From the IMG/VR virus record IMGVR_UViG_3300032299_001035: a DNA stretch of 64,000 nt. The stretch is one strand, 5' to 3'. The translations under genes were made by a program, and so were the position numbers. The notes below the pieces were generated by a model. That model was given only the letters and a program-made list of their open reading frames with translations. It ran no database searches and was not told the origin of the DNA. This document shows, piece after piece, positions 47,999 to 59,110 of this stretch. Source of the DNA: an uncultured virus (IMG/VR IMGVR_UViG_3300032299_001035) (Duplodnaviria; Heunggongvirae; Uroviricota; Caudoviricetes). Position 1 is the first letter of the stretch. Each line of letters starts with the position of its first letter.

Positions 47999-48511
47999 AT
48001 GGTAAAAATATTTGATATACAAAATGGTAAAGTGATACCAACAGAACATTGTTATACAATGTCTTCTTATAAAGATATTATGGAAAATTATCCTGATGAA
48101 TATTTAAACATATATGCTTATTTATTTTATTTATCTTGTCCTAATCCAGAAGTCAATCCTTTCTTTGATGTACCAGAAGTGGATAAAGAAGAATTAATAA
48201 GAAGAGAAGTAGGGGGTGAGTTTGAATCAGATGATGAATTAATTATTAATGCTTTAGAAGTTACACAAAAATTATATGAAACACCAACTGTAAGAGCATA
48301 CATGGGTATTAAAGCCATGTTAGACAGATTGGCAAAGTATATGGAAACTACAGAAATAGAACATGGTAGGGATGGTAATATTACAGCATTAATTAATGCA
48401 GCTTCTAAATATGAAGCAATAAGACAATCTTTTAAAGGAACATTAAAAGATTTAGAAGAAGAACAAAAATCTACAGTTAGAGGTGGACAACGTCTAAGTT
48501 ATGATCAATAA
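47999..48511 (+). CDS. Conserved protein upstream of TerL (terminase small subunit candidate)
   Basis: Helical ORF ending VRGGQRLSYDQ; position upstream of the terminase. Confidence 0.55.
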   Translation: MVKIFDIQNGKVIPTEHCYTMSSYKDIMENYPDEYLNIYAYLFYLSCPNPEVNPFFDVPEVDKEELIRREVGGEFESDDELIINALEVTQKLYETPTVRAYMGIKAMLDRLAKYMETTEIEHGRDGNITALINAASKYEAIRQSFKGTLKDLEEEQKSTVRGGQRLSYDQ

Positions 48512-48539
48512 TATTAATTAAAACTAAAAACAAAAAAAA

Positions 48540-48821
48540 ATGAAAAAATTAATTGGAACAAGAGTTTTGCTTACAAAACCAGTAAAACCAGAATCAACAA
48601 TTGTATTATCTTCTGATATGGAAGAAGCATTAGAAAGGGATATGATGAAAAAATGGACACATCTAGAAGTTTATGCTATTGGATCTGATGTAACAACAGT
48701 TAATGTTGGAGATAAAGTATATGTACCATCTAGTTCTTTACAATTAGCAGATCTAATTGAATTAGATGATTTATCAGTAAAAATGATGGTTGCAGAAAGG
48801 GAAATTGCAATAATATGGTAA
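48540..48821 (+). CDS. groES: GroES-like co-chaperonin
   Basis: KLIGTRVLL; EVYAIG.DV..V.VGDKVYV; MMV.EREI..I. Confidence 0.7.
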   Translation: MKKLIGTRVLLTKPVKPESTIVLSSDMEEALERDMMKKWTHLEVYAIGSDVTTVNVGDKVYVPSSSLQLADLIELDDLSVKMMVAEREIAIIW

Positions 48822-48994
48822 TAAATGATGAACACTTACAGCAATGGTTATTTCACTATAACCCATACACAAATATATGGTCCGGTTTTTTACGAAAGCA
48901 CCTACAAGACTATTTTAACGGAATTTACACAAACGTTTACAGCAATACCAGTTTTTCAAAGTTATTAAAAGAAATTAAAAAGAATGAAAGATAG
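48815..48994 (+). CDS. 59-aa hypothetical protein below the ORF-track cutoff (WLFHYNPY motif)
   Basis: Fills the gap between the GroES-like gene and TerL, overlapping both. Confidence 0.65.
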   Translation: MVINDEHLQQWLFHYNPYTNIWSGFLRKHLQDYFNGIYTNVYSNTSFSKLLKEIKKNER

Positions 48995-51197
48995 CATTTA
49001 TAATATTCCTACTTATAATAATGGTGTCTGGACTTCTACTGTTTTTAATTCAAGAGAAGAATATAGAGATTTTGTAATATCTATATTTAAAGAAGCAGGT
49101 CCTGATGAAGGATATTCTTTTGATGAAACAAGTTTATTGTTTAACAGTGAAGGTAGAAATTTTCAAAAAAATGGATATTATTGTAATGCTCCTTTTAGAA
49201 GTAAAGATTTTATAGCTTATTGGGATGACCAAAAAGCAAAATCTGTTTATGGGGTTATATTTAAATCAGAAGATGCTACATGGTATTTGACCAGAGATTA
49301 TTATATGTGGATTAACTTTCTTCCAATATATGATAAACTAAAAAAACAGTTTACTTTTCCTGAAGTTTGGGATGGCCAATACCATATGGCATTATATGAA
49401 TGTATTGCTGAATTAACTTATAAGCATTGTCCTATATTAAAAAAACGTCAGTTTGGTTCTAGTTATTTTCATATTGCTAAAATAATTAATGCTTATTGGT
49501 TTAATGAAGGATCTGTATTAAAATTAGGTGCAAGTCTTAAAGACTACATATCTGAAAAAGGTTCTTGGAGGATGTTAAATGAATACAGAAACTTCTTAAA
49601 TGAACACACTGCATGGTATAGACCTTCTGAACCTGATAAGGTATTTTCATGGCAACAAAGAATTAAAGTTAGAACTGGAGGTAGGGATTCTTACAAAGGA
49701 AACAAAAGTATTATTACAGGAACATCTTTTGAAAAAGATCCAAGTAATTCAGTAGGGGGTCCTTGTCATTACTTCTTCCATGAGGAAGCAGGGATTGCTC
49801 CTAAAATGATGGATACATATGAGTTTATTAGACCAGCCCTACAATCTGGTATGATAACTACAGGTACATTTATAGCAGCTGGTTCTGTAGGTGATCTTGA
49901 ACAATGTTCTGCTTTAAAAGAAATGATACTACATCCTAACAAATATGGGATGTTATCTGTTAAGACAACTTTAATAGATGAAAATAAAACTATTGGTGAA
50001 TCAGGATTGTTTATACCAGAACAATGGAATATGCCACCATGTATTGATAAATATGGAAATTCTTTAGTAGAACATGCCTTAGCTGCTATTGTAGAAGAAC
50101 GTAAACAATGGAAAAAAGATTTATCACCTGAACAGTATCAGTTACGTATTTCACAAAAACCAACTAATATAGCAGAAGCATTTGCTACAAGAAAAGAATC
50201 TGTATTTCCTCCACATTTAATTTCTCATCAATTAAAACGTATAGAAGAAAATCAATATTCTGTAGAATATGTTACATTGGAATATGATGCAGAAAATAAA
50301 ATTGTAGTTAAAAAAACTAATAAATCCCCTATAACAAAATTTCCTGTTGATAAAACAATGGAAGATAAAACAGGGGTTGTATGTGTATATGAAAAACCTG
50401 TTCCTAATAGTCCATGGGGAACATATTATGCATCTATTGACCCTGTAGGTGAAGGTAAAACAACTACATCAGATTCTTTATGTAGTATTTATGTATATAA
50501 AAATCCTACAGAAGTAGTAAAAGATGAAGGAAATGGTAACTTAAAAACTAATTTAGAAAGGGATGGTATAGTTGCATCATGGTGTGGAAGGTTTGATGAT
50601 TTACAAAAAACACATGAAAGACTAGAACTTATAATTGAATGGTATAATGCTTGGACTATAGTGGAGAATAATGTTAGTCTTTTTATTCAATATATGATTA
50701 GTAAAAGAAAACAAAAGTATTTAGTACCAAAAGATCAAATACCTTTCTTAAAAGAATTATCATCTAATGCTTCTGTATTTGCAACTTATGGTTGGAAAAA
50801 TACAGGTACATTATTTAAAACCCATTTAATATCTTATGGTATACAATTTTTACAAGAAGAAATTGATGTACAAACTGCTGAAAATGGTGATGTAATAAAA
50901 ATAAACTTTGGAGTGGAAAGAATACCTGATCCAATGCTACTTGAAGAAATGAGACAGTATCAACCAGGTTTAAATGTGGATAGGTTAGTTTCATTTTGTG
51001 CATTAGTAGCCTTTGCACAAGTACAACAAAACAACAGAGGAAGGGTTACCAGAATTGAAATTAAAAATGATAAGTTGGAAAATCCACAAAAATTAAGTAA
51101 ATTATCTGTAAGAACTCCCTTTAGACATATGGGTGTAAACTCTACAGGTTTAACTTCTATAAATGTAAAAAGAAATCTATTTAAAAATATAAAATAA
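48984..51197 (+). CDS. terL: Terminase large subunit
   Basis: LKKRQFGSS Walker A region; FHEEAG Walker B; nuclease YASIDPV, VENN, NVDRL. Confidence 0.92.
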   Translation: MKDSIYNIPTYNNGVWTSTVFNSREEYRDFVISIFKEAGPDEGYSFDETSLLFNSEGRNFQKNGYYCNAPFRSKDFIAYWDDQKAKSVYGVIFKSEDATWYLTRDYYMWINFLPIYDKLKKQFTFPEVWDGQYHMALYECIAELTYKHCPILKKRQFGSSYFHIAKIINAYWFNEGSVLKLGASLKDYISEKGSWRMLNEYRNFLNEHTAWYRPSEPDKVFSWQQRIKVRTGGRDSYKGNKSIITGTSFEKDPSNSVGGPCHYFFHEEAGIAPKMMDTYEFIRPALQSGMITTGTFIAAGSVGDLEQCSALKEMILHPNKYGMLSVKTTLIDENKTIGESGLFIPEQWNMPPCIDKYGNSLVEHALAAIVEERKQWKKDLSPEQYQLRISQKPTNIAEAFATRKESVFPPHLISHQLKRIEENQYSVEYVTLEYDAENKIVVKKTNKSPITKFPVDKTMEDKTGVVCVYEKPVPNSPWGTYYASIDPVGEGKTTTSDSLCSIYVYKNPTEVVKDEGNGNLKTNLERDGIVASWCGRFDDLQKTHERLELIIEWYNAWTIVENNVSLFIQYMISKRKQKYLVPKDQIPFLKELSSNASVFATYGWKNTGTLFKTHLISYGIQFLQEEIDVQTAENGDVIKINFGVERIPDPMLLEEMRQYQPGLNVDRLVSFCALVAFAQVQQNNRGRVTRIEIKNDKLENPQKLSKLSVRTPFRHMGVNSTGLTSINVKRNLFKNIK

Positions 51198-51835
51198 TGG
51201 CATATTTATACAGACATATTAGGTTAGATAAAAATGAACCGTTTTATATTGGAATAGGTAGTGATAAAACATATTCTCGTTCTAAACAAAAAACTAATAG
51301 AAATAAATATTGGCAAAATATTGTAAAATTAACTACTTATGAAATTGAAATATTATTAGATGATTTAACTTGGGAAGAAGTTTGTAAAAAAGAAATTGAA
51401 TTTATTAAATTATATGGAAGAAAAGATTTAAATAAAGGTAGTTTATGTAATTGCACTAATGGAGGAGAAGGAGTTGTTGGTTTAATAACATCAGAAGAAA
51501 CTAAAAATAAAATAAGAATTGCAAACACAGGTAAAAAACAACCCTTAGAACAAATACAAAAAAGATCTTTAAAATTATCTGGTGCTGGAAATCCTTGGTA
51601 CGGCAAAAAATTTTCTGAAGAATATAAAAAAAAATTATCAGATGCAAAAAAAGGTAAAAAAAGAAATTCAGAAGTGATGAAAAAATTACATGAATCTCGT
51701 CAAAAAAAAGTAATTGATCTTTCAACTAATAAAACATATAACTCAATTAAAGAATTAGCAATTTTTATAGGAAAACCAGCTTGTACAATAAGCAGATGGT
51801 TAAAAAAACCTAATAGTAAATATAAAATAATATAA
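51197..51835 (+). mobile_element. Free-standing GIY-YIG homing endonuclease with NUMOD3-like repeats
   Basis: AYLYRH...FYIGIG; E..FI..YGR; NCTNGGEG; NPWYGKKFSEE; TAATG overlap. Confidence 0.85.
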
Positions 51836-51838
51836 GAA

Positions 51839-54586
51839 ATGAATATATACTCAGCAATGGACCTTAAAAAAGGTAAAAAGACGGAATATAACAAGATGGG
51901 TAGCTTAATGCAACCTGTACAATTTTTACCTAGTTCTGAAAAAGATGATGAATGGAGAGCATGGAATTTAGATTGGCTTGAATGGCAAGGTGTAAGACAG
52001 CTTAGACGTAATGCTGTACGTTTATTAAAAAATTATAAATTAGCTAAAGGGATAATTGATAAAAGAGATTATATTATAGATGAAGAAAATCCTAATGGAG
52101 AACTTATTGATATATTAACTAGAGAAGATAAGTCTGCTTTAGAACTTAAATTTTATCCTATTATACCTAATGTAATTAATGTATTATGTTCTGAATTTAG
52201 CAAACGTTCATCTAAAATAATGTTTAGAACTGTTGATGAACTTTCTTATAATGAAATGTTAGAAGAAAAAAAGAACATGATAGAACAAGTTCTTATGCAA
52301 CAAGCACAGTCTAAAATGACTGAAAAACTTGTTAATATGGGAATGGATCCACAGTCTGAAGAATTTCAAGCAGAAATGGCTCCACAAAAATTAAAATCAT
52401 TACCAGAAATCCAAAACTTTTTTACAAAAGATTATAGAAATATATATGAAGATTGGGCTACCCATCAACATGCTGTAGATACAGAAAGATTCCACATTGA
52501 TGAATTAGAAGAAAGAGCCTTTAGGGATATGCTTATTACTGATAGGGAATTTTGGCATTTTAGAATGATGGATGATGATTATGAAATTGAATTATGGAAT
52601 CCAGTTCAAGTATTTTATCATAAATCTCCTTCAGCAAGATATATATCAGAATCACATTGGGTAGGTATGATGGACTTATTAACTGTAGCTGATGTTATTG
52701 ATAAGTATGGTTGGATGATGAATGAAGAACAATTAAAAGCATTAGAAGTTATATTTCCAGTAAGATCTGCTGGATATGCTATTCCAGGTATGCAAAATGA
52801 TGGTTCTTACTATGATCCTACAAGAAGTCATGATTGGAATACAGAAATGCCTAGTCTTGGTTACAGACAATTTATGAGTACATATGACAATACCCGTTGG
52901 AGTGGAGATGTTGTACAAGCTATATTAAATGAATCTGAAGATTTATTAGATTGGGGTAATGCTCATTTATTAAGATGTACTACAGTATATTGGAAATCAC
53001 AAATTAGAGTGGGTCATTTAACTAAAATTACTGAATTAGGTGAATTAGTACAAGATATTGTATCTGAAGATTATAGAATTACAGATAAACCTTTATATGA
53101 TAATACATTGTATAAAGAAAAATCAAAAGATACATTAGTATTTGGAGAACATATTGATTGGATTTGGATTAATGAAACTTGGGGTGGAATTAAAGTGGGT
53201 CCAAACAGACCTTCATTCTGGGGTATGAATAATCCTGGTGGTTTTAATCCAATATATTTAGGATTAAATGGAGGTAAACCTGGTAGAATTCCTTTCCAAT
53301 TTAAAGGTGATACAACATTATATGGTTGTAAACCTCCTGTAGAAGGAGCAGTATTTTCTGATAGAAATACACGTTCAGTTTCTATGGTAGATTTAATGAA
53401 ACCTTTTCAAATTGGATATAACATTGTTAATAATCAAATTGCAGATATATTAGTAGATGAGCTAGGTACTGTAATTATGTTTGACCAAAATGCTTTACCT
53501 AGACATTCAATGGGTGAAGATTGGGGTAAAAATAATTTAGCTAATGCTTATGTAGCTATGAAGAATTTCCAAATGCTTCCATTAGATACATCTATTACAA
53601 ATACAGAAAATGCATTAAACTTCCAACATTACCAAGTATTAAACTTAGAACAATCACAACGTTTATTATCTAGGGTTAATTTAGCTAACTATTTTAAAAA
53701 CCAAGCATTTGAAGTGATAGGTATTACACCTCAAAGAATGGGTCAACAAATAGGACAACAAACTGCTACAGGTGTTGAACAATCTGTTAATGCTTCATAC
53801 AATCAAACTGAAGTTTATTTTGTACAACATTCAGATAATCTAATGCCAAGGGTTCATCAAATGAGAACTGAATTAGCACAATATTATCATTCTACAAAAC
53901 CATCTGTAAGATTACAATATATAACTTCTAATGATGAAAAAGTAAACTTTCAATTAAATGGTACAGATTTACTATTAAGAGATTTAAATATATTTTGTTC
54001 TACTAAAACAAATTCTAGAGCTGTAATGGATCAACTTAAATCATTAGCACTTAATAATAATACTACTGGTGCTTCAATATATGATTTAGGAAATATTATT
54101 AAAGCAGATTCTATTTCTGAATTAACTAATGTTCTTAAAAAATCTGAAGAAAAATCTAATAATATTAGACAACAACAACAGCAACATGAACAAGAAATGC
54201 AACAACAACAACTTCAAGCTGCACAACAACAAGAATTAGCTAGACAACAATATGAATCTCAAGAAAAAGATAAAGATAGACAATCAAGAATAGTTGAAGC
54301 AGAAATTAGAGCAGCTGGATTTGGTTCTACATCTGATATTAATCAAAACCAAATGTCTGATTATCAAGATGCATTATCTAAAATTCAACAACAACAAAAT
54401 TATACTGATTCAACAAATCTTAAAAGAGAACAAGAAGTAAATAAAAATAGATTTAATGAACAGAAATTAAATATTGAAAAAGAAAAGTTAGCAGCACAAC
54501 AAGACATAGCTAACAAACAATTGGAAATAGCCAGAGTTAACAAAAATAAATATGATGTTAAATCTGATAAAGAAGATAAAAAATAA
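51839..54586 (+). CDS. Portal protein
   Basis: 915 aa after TerL; LKFYPIIPNVINVL; GITPQRMGQ; Q-rich C-terminal coiled coil. Confidence 0.88.
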   Translation: MNIYSAMDLKKGKKTEYNKMGSLMQPVQFLPSSEKDDEWRAWNLDWLEWQGVRQLRRNAVRLLKNYKLAKGIIDKRDYIIDEENPNGELIDILTREDKSALELKFYPIIPNVINVLCSEFSKRSSKIMFRTVDELSYNEMLEEKKNMIEQVLMQQAQSKMTEKLVNMGMDPQSEEFQAEMAPQKLKSLPEIQNFFTKDYRNIYEDWATHQHAVDTERFHIDELEERAFRDMLITDREFWHFRMMDDDYEIELWNPVQVFYHKSPSARYISESHWVGMMDLLTVADVIDKYGWMMNEEQLKALEVIFPVRSAGYAIPGMQNDGSYYDPTRSHDWNTEMPSLGYRQFMSTYDNTRWSGDVVQAILNESEDLLDWGNAHLLRCTTVYWKSQIRVGHLTKITELGELVQDIVSEDYRITDKPLYDNTLYKEKSKDTLVFGEHIDWIWINETWGGIKVGPNRPSFWGMNNPGGFNPIYLGLNGGKPGRIPFQFKGDTTLYGCKPPVEGAVFSDRNTRSVSMVDLMKPFQIGYNIVNNQIADILVDELGTVIMFDQNALPRHSMGEDWGKNNLANAYVAMKNFQMLPLDTSITNTENALNFQHYQVLNLEQSQRLLSRVNLANYFKNQAFEVIGITPQRMGQQIGQQTATGVEQSVNASYNQTEVYFVQHSDNLMPRVHQMRTELAQYYHSTKPSVRLQYITSNDEKVNFQLNGTDLLLRDLNIFCSTKTNSRAVMDQLKSLALNNNTTGASIYDLGNIIKADSISELTNVLKKSEEKSNNIRQQQQQHEQEMQQQQLQAAQQQELARQQYESQEKDKDRQSRIVEAEIRAAGFGSTSDINQNQMSDYQDALSKIQQQQNYTDSTNLKREQEVNKNRFNEQKLNIEKEKLAAQQDIANKQLEIARVNKNKYDVKSDKEDKK

Positions 54587-54608
54587 TAAACTTTTTAAAA
54601 ATAAATAA

Positions 54609-55265
54609 ATGTCTTTACAAAAACCAAAACCAAAAAATCCAATTAAGTTTTCTATTTCATTAAATTCTGAACAAAAGGAAGCTAAAGAAAGAATCTTAAA
54701 TTCAAAAATAACATTTTTAAAAGGTCAAGCTGGATCAGGTAAATCTTTACTTGCAGCACAAATTGCATTAGATCTTTTATTTAAAAAAGAAGTGGAAAAA
54801 ATTATATTAACAAGACCTGTTGTTACAGCAGGAGAAGAAATAGGATTTTTACCAGGAGATAAAGATGCTAAATTGGCACCATATACAGCTTCTATATATG
54901 ACAATATGTACAGATTGTATAATAAAGAAAAAATAGATAAAGAAATTTTAGAAGGAAACATTGAAGTAGTTCCTATTGGATTTATGAGAGGAAGAAATTT
55001 TTCAGATTGTTTAGTTGTTATAGATGAATCCCAAAATATAACACAGAATCAACTTGAACTTATTATAACAAGATTATGTGTAAATTCTAAAATGATATTT
55101 GTAGGGGATAATTCACAAATAGATTTAAAAGATAAACGTCAAAGTGGTTTTGACTACATGAGTAAAAAGCTTAGTTTTATAAAAGATATACAAAGTATAG
55201 CACTAAAAACTAACCATAGAGACCCTATTGTAGAAGAAATTATCAATACTTTAAATGACAACTAA
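54609..55265 (+). CDS. phoH: PhoH-family ATPase
   Basis: GQAGSGKS; GFLPG; FMRGRNF; IDESQN; GDNSQIDL; HR.PIV. Confidence 0.92.
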   Translation: MSLQKPKPKNPIKFSISLNSEQKEAKERILNSKITFLKGQAGSGKSLLAAQIALDLLFKKEVEKIILTRPVVTAGEEIGFLPGDKDAKLAPYTASIYDNMYRLYNKEKIDKEILEGNIEVVPIGFMRGRNFSDCLVVIDESQNITQNQLELIITRLCVNSKMIFVGDNSQIDLKDKRQSGFDYMSKKLSFIKDIQSIALKTNHRDPIVEEIINTLNDN

Positions 55266-55269
55266 AATC

Positions 55270-55287
55270 ATAGCTTTATTATCCACA
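55270..55287 (+). promoter_or_regulatory. ATAGCT(T/C)TATTATCCA motif containing a perfect DnaA box
   Basis: 15/16 match to the minus-strand copy at 35846-35861; TTATCCACA at 55279-55287. Confidence 0.5.
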
Positions 55288-55369
55288 AGAAAAATTCTTA
55301 AAAATAAAAATATTTAAATATTTAGAGTTTAAATAGTATATTAATAATATAAACAAAAACCAATATAAG

Positions 55370-56614
55370 ATGGAAACCAATAACATTACAGACGTAAATA
55401 CCTCTGTAGAAAAACTAGACTTAGACATTGATAGCTGGTTAGGAGCACCAGGAGCTGATTCGGTAATTACACCTACAGAAACTGAAGATTCAAAACCAAA
55501 CATCTTTGATTCTTTAAAAACAGATATTTCTTTTTTAGATGCAGATAATAAATCTGAAACAGAAAATACAGTTAATGAAGAAGTGATGCAAAATATTAAC
55601 AATATGTTGGATCAAGATTTAAAGTCTAATGAGGAAGAAGAAGAGGTAATAACAAAAGGAAGACCAAAAGCAGAAAAATCAGCTTTAGTTGGATTTCTTA
55701 AAAAAAGAATTGAAGCAAATGAAATGTTTGCATTTGATGATTACAATGAAGAAAAACAATCTTTAGATGATTATTTAAGTTCTTTGACAGAAAAAGATGT
55801 AGATGAGTTGTGGCAAGCAAACATTTCTAATATTAGAAATGAAGTAGCTTCTAATACTCCGGCAGAATTTTTTGAAAGTTTACCTGAAGAATTACAATAT
55901 GCTGCTAAATATGTAGCAGATGGTGGTCAAGATTTAAAAGGATTATTCAAAGCTTTGTCACATGTTGAACAAATTAGAGAATTAGATCCTACAGATGAAA
56001 TAGACCAAGAAAATATTGTAAAATCTTATTTACAAGCAACCAATTTTGGTGATGCAGATGAGATAGAAGAAGAACTTACAAATTGGAAAGATTTAGGACA
56101 ATTAGAAAAAAAAGCTAAGCAGTTTAAACCTAAGCTTGATTTAATGCAAGAAGAAATTATTCAAGCAAGACTTGCAGAACAAGAAATGTTTAAACAACAA
56201 CAAGAACAAGCAGCTAATGTTTATGTACAAAATGTTTTTGAAACATTACGTAATGGAGAATTAAATGGTGTTAGATTAGATAAAAAAGTTCAAAGTTTTT
56301 TATATAATGGATTAACTAACCCACAATATCCATCATTAAACGGAAGTTCTACAAATTTATTAGGTCATTTGTTAGAAAAATACCAATATGTTGAACCTAG
56401 ATATGATTTAATATCTGAAGCATTATGGTTACTTTCTAATCCAGATGATTATAAAGCAAACTTAATAAGACAAGGAAAGAATCAAGCTGTTGAACAAACA
56501 GTAAGACAACTTAAAACAGAACAGTCAAGAAATAAAGCATCTTCATCTGTTAATATTAACCAACAAGAACAAACAAGAAAGATTCAAAGAAATACAAATA
56601 TTTTTAAACGTTAA
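55370..56614 (+). CDS. Putative capsid scaffolding protein
   Basis: Acidic helical protein immediately upstream of the major capsid gene. Confidence 0.7.
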   Translation: METNNITDVNTSVEKLDLDIDSWLGAPGADSVITPTETEDSKPNIFDSLKTDISFLDADNKSETENTVNEEVMQNINNMLDQDLKSNEEEEEVITKGRPKAEKSALVGFLKKRIEANEMFAFDDYNEEKQSLDDYLSSLTEKDVDELWQANISNIRNEVASNTPAEFFESLPEELQYAAKYVADGGQDLKGLFKALSHVEQIRELDPTDEIDQENIVKSYLQATNFGDADEIEEELTNWKDLGQLEKKAKQFKPKLDLMQEEIIQARLAEQEMFKQQQEQAANVYVQNVFETLRNGELNGVRLDKKVQSFLYNGLTNPQYPSLNGSSTNLLGHLLEKYQYVEPRYDLISEALWLLSNPDDYKANLIRQGKNQAVEQTVRQLKTEQSRNKASSSVNINQQEQTRKIQRNTNIFKR

Positions 56615-56636
56615 CAACTAAAACAAAATAAAAAAA

Positions 56637-58283
56637 ATGAGTACACCAATTTTAAACAATGGGATATTTCTACGTGATAATAGTTACAAAACTAGCTCAC
56701 ATGTAGATTCATATCACATGACAAACATGCTGAAATCAGCAGAACCAATGGATTTAGGTCCAGTAGATATTTGGGCTATGGCTCAAAAAGTAGAAATGCC
56801 TTTATATCAAATGTCATCATTTGGAGGTAAAAACGTTATTATGGTTGATAATGCAAGAGGAGAATACAAATGGCAAGTTCCTATTGCACAAGATTTACCA
56901 TATTTAACAGAAGAATTGTATGTAACAAATGGAGGAACAGTTAATGTAACTACATATGGTGCAGATGGAACTACATTTAAAATCCGTTTAAACAAACGTA
57001 CATTTGGACATGGTGATATTATCACTTATGACAAATATAACGGTGTGGAAATGTACATTACAGCAGATGATATCATCCCTTCAGGAGATTCATTTGTTTA
57101 CACAGTACAAATTGTAAACAGTGATAGTACAAAAGCTATTGTTCAAACAAGTGCTAATCCATTTAAAACAGGTGCTAAAGTTTTCCGTAAAGGTTCTGCA
57201 CGTGGTGAATATGGTGAAAGATTTTCTGACTTAGGTGATGTACGTTCAGGTTTCCGTGAATTCTACAACTATGTAGGAGGTGCTGAAGCTCATGTTCATT
57301 ATTCAGTTAGTTCTAAAGCTGACATGATGATGAAAGGAGGTATGAAAGCTGATGGTACTGTACCAGTAATTGAATTATGGAGAAACTTTGATAAAACAAT
57401 GGATCCATCAATTACTTCTTTAGAAAAAATGGCTGAAAAAATGGGTCCTGATTATGTTAAAAAAGCATACCAAACAGGTCAACTTTCACGTACATTCTTA
57501 ACTACTATGGAAGCTGCTCATCTTAGTAAAATTGCTAATGATATTGAAACTTACTTAATGTGGGGTCAAGGAGGTAGAATTAAACAAGATGGTCCAGATG
57601 ATATTAGATTATCAGTGGGATTATGGAAACAATTAGATAATTCTTACAAACGTATTTATAACAAATCAAGTTTTGATTTAGAATTATTCCGTTCTGAAAT
57701 CTTCAACTTCTTTAATGGTAAAGTTGAATTTAAAGGACCAGATCCACAACGTAGTCTTGTAGTACAAACTGGTATGGGTGGTATGAAACTTATCAATGAA
57801 GCTATTAAGCGTGATGCTGTTGCTTCTGGTATGGTTATCAATGCATCTGAAGTTGGAGCTATTACAGGTAAAGGTATGGATTTAAATTTTGGATTTGCTT
57901 ACACACAATATGTAATTCCATTCTTAGCAAATGTTAAATTTGTATTGAATCCTGCTTTTGATAATGTTCATACTAATGATATTGAAAATCCATTAATTGA
58001 TGGTTTCCCATTATCTTCTTATAACTTCATTATCTTTGATATTACAGATAATACAAATGATAATATCTTCTTATTAAAATTATCTTGGGATAACCAATTA
58101 AAATGGTTCTACCAAAATGGTACAATGGATTACATGGGTAGAACTCAAGGATTCCAATCTTCAGGTAACTTTAATGGATACCGTGTAATGATGTCACAAA
58201 CAATGCCAGCAATTTGGGTTAAAGATCCAACTAAAGTGTTGAAAATTGTTATGAGAAATCCAATTACAGGAGGATCATTCTAA
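56637..58283 (+). CDS. Major capsid protein
   Basis: 548 aa, strongly biased codon usage, gene order portal-scaffold-MCP, followed by a terminator. Confidence 0.88.
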   Translation: MSTPILNNGIFLRDNSYKTSSHVDSYHMTNMLKSAEPMDLGPVDIWAMAQKVEMPLYQMSSFGGKNVIMVDNARGEYKWQVPIAQDLPYLTEELYVTNGGTVNVTTYGADGTTFKIRLNKRTFGHGDIITYDKYNGVEMYITADDIIPSGDSFVYTVQIVNSDSTKAIVQTSANPFKTGAKVFRKGSARGEYGERFSDLGDVRSGFREFYNYVGGAEAHVHYSVSSKADMMMKGGMKADGTVPVIELWRNFDKTMDPSITSLEKMAEKMGPDYVKKAYQTGQLSRTFLTTMEAAHLSKIANDIETYLMWGQGGRIKQDGPDDIRLSVGLWKQLDNSYKRIYNKSSFDLELFRSEIFNFFNGKVEFKGPDPQRSLVVQTGMGGMKLINEAIKRDAVASGMVINASEVGAITGKGMDLNFGFAYTQYVIPFLANVKFVLNPAFDNVHTNDIENPLIDGFPLSSYNFIIFDITDNTNDNIFLLKLSWDNQLKWFYQNGTMDYMGRTQGFQSSGNFNGYRVMMSQTMPAIWVKDPTKVLKIVMRNPITGGSF

Positions 58284-58296
58284 TAAATTATGTAGG

Positions 58297-58324
58297 AATA
58301 AGGGAAAGTTTCTCCCTTATTTTT
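58297..58324 (+). terminator. Intrinsic terminator after the major capsid gene
   Basis: aataaggga-aagtttc-tcccttattttt. Confidence 0.7.
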
Positions 58325-58370
58325 CTGCATATATAAACAATTTTTTATAACTTTATAAATTTAAAATAAA

Positions 58371-59030
58371 ATGGCAAACATAAATAAATTCTTTCCTACC
58401 TCAAATGATCCATTCTTGTTAACAGATGCTGACATGGCTCTTGCAAAATTTGGACATCTTAATGATATTGTAGATGCATATAATACATTAGATACAGCTG
58501 TAACAGCAATTTCATCTGTTACCGGTGAACTTAAAGCTAACACTATTACAGAATCTACAATTGGTGCTGGAGTTAAAATTAACGGTCAAGAATTAAATGT
58601 TGTATCAGGTAGTGGAGCAACAGTAACTTTAACAACACAGCAATCTGGTTCTTTAATTTTAATGGATAGAGCAGCTGGTATTACATTTACACTTCCAACA
58701 GCTACTGCAAATAGTGTTGGTATGTATTTTGATTTTGTTGTAACAACTTCAGTTACTTCAAATGCATATAAAGTAATTACTGGAGTAGGAACTCAATTAT
58801 TAATTGGTGGATATACAAGTGTTGATACTGATTCAACTAATGCTGCTGCTATTTTTACTGGTAATGGTTCTACTCATGTATCAATTAATATGACAGCAGC
58901 TTCAACTAATGCTGCTGGTGGTTTACAAGGAACTAAATTACGATTTACCTGTTTATCAACAACAAGATGGATGGTTGAAGGAATAGTAATGTGTGCAGGT
59001 ACTCCTGTAACGGCATTTGCAACATCTTAA
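58371..59030 (+). CDS. Putative head fibre/capsid decoration protein
   Basis: ALAKFGHLN anchor-like motif; ITFTLP and G.YFDFVV beta domain. Confidence 0.6.
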   Translation: MANINKFFPTSNDPFLLTDADMALAKFGHLNDIVDAYNTLDTAVTAISSVTGELKANTITESTIGAGVKINGQELNVVSGSGATVTLTTQQSGSLILMDRAAGITFTLPTATANSVGMYFDFVVTTSVTSNAYKVITGVGTQLLIGGYTSVDTDSTNAAAIFTGNGSTHVSINMTAASTNAAGGLQGTKLRFTCLSTTRWMVEGIVMCAGTPVTAFATS

Positions 59031-59110
59031 TATTTAACATAACATTAAAGGAAAAAAAGTTAATAAAAAAATCTTATTAACTTTTAAAACAAAATTTCCT
59101 ATAAAAACAG

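Noticed and set aside
54169..54250. CAA-rich repeat
   Set aside because: Encodes the poly-Gln coiled coil of the portal C-terminus; not a separate repeat element
48984..54586. Group I intron splitting TerL or portal
   Set aside because: Both flanking genes look complete and the endonuclease ORF abuts them with 3 nt or less of spacer
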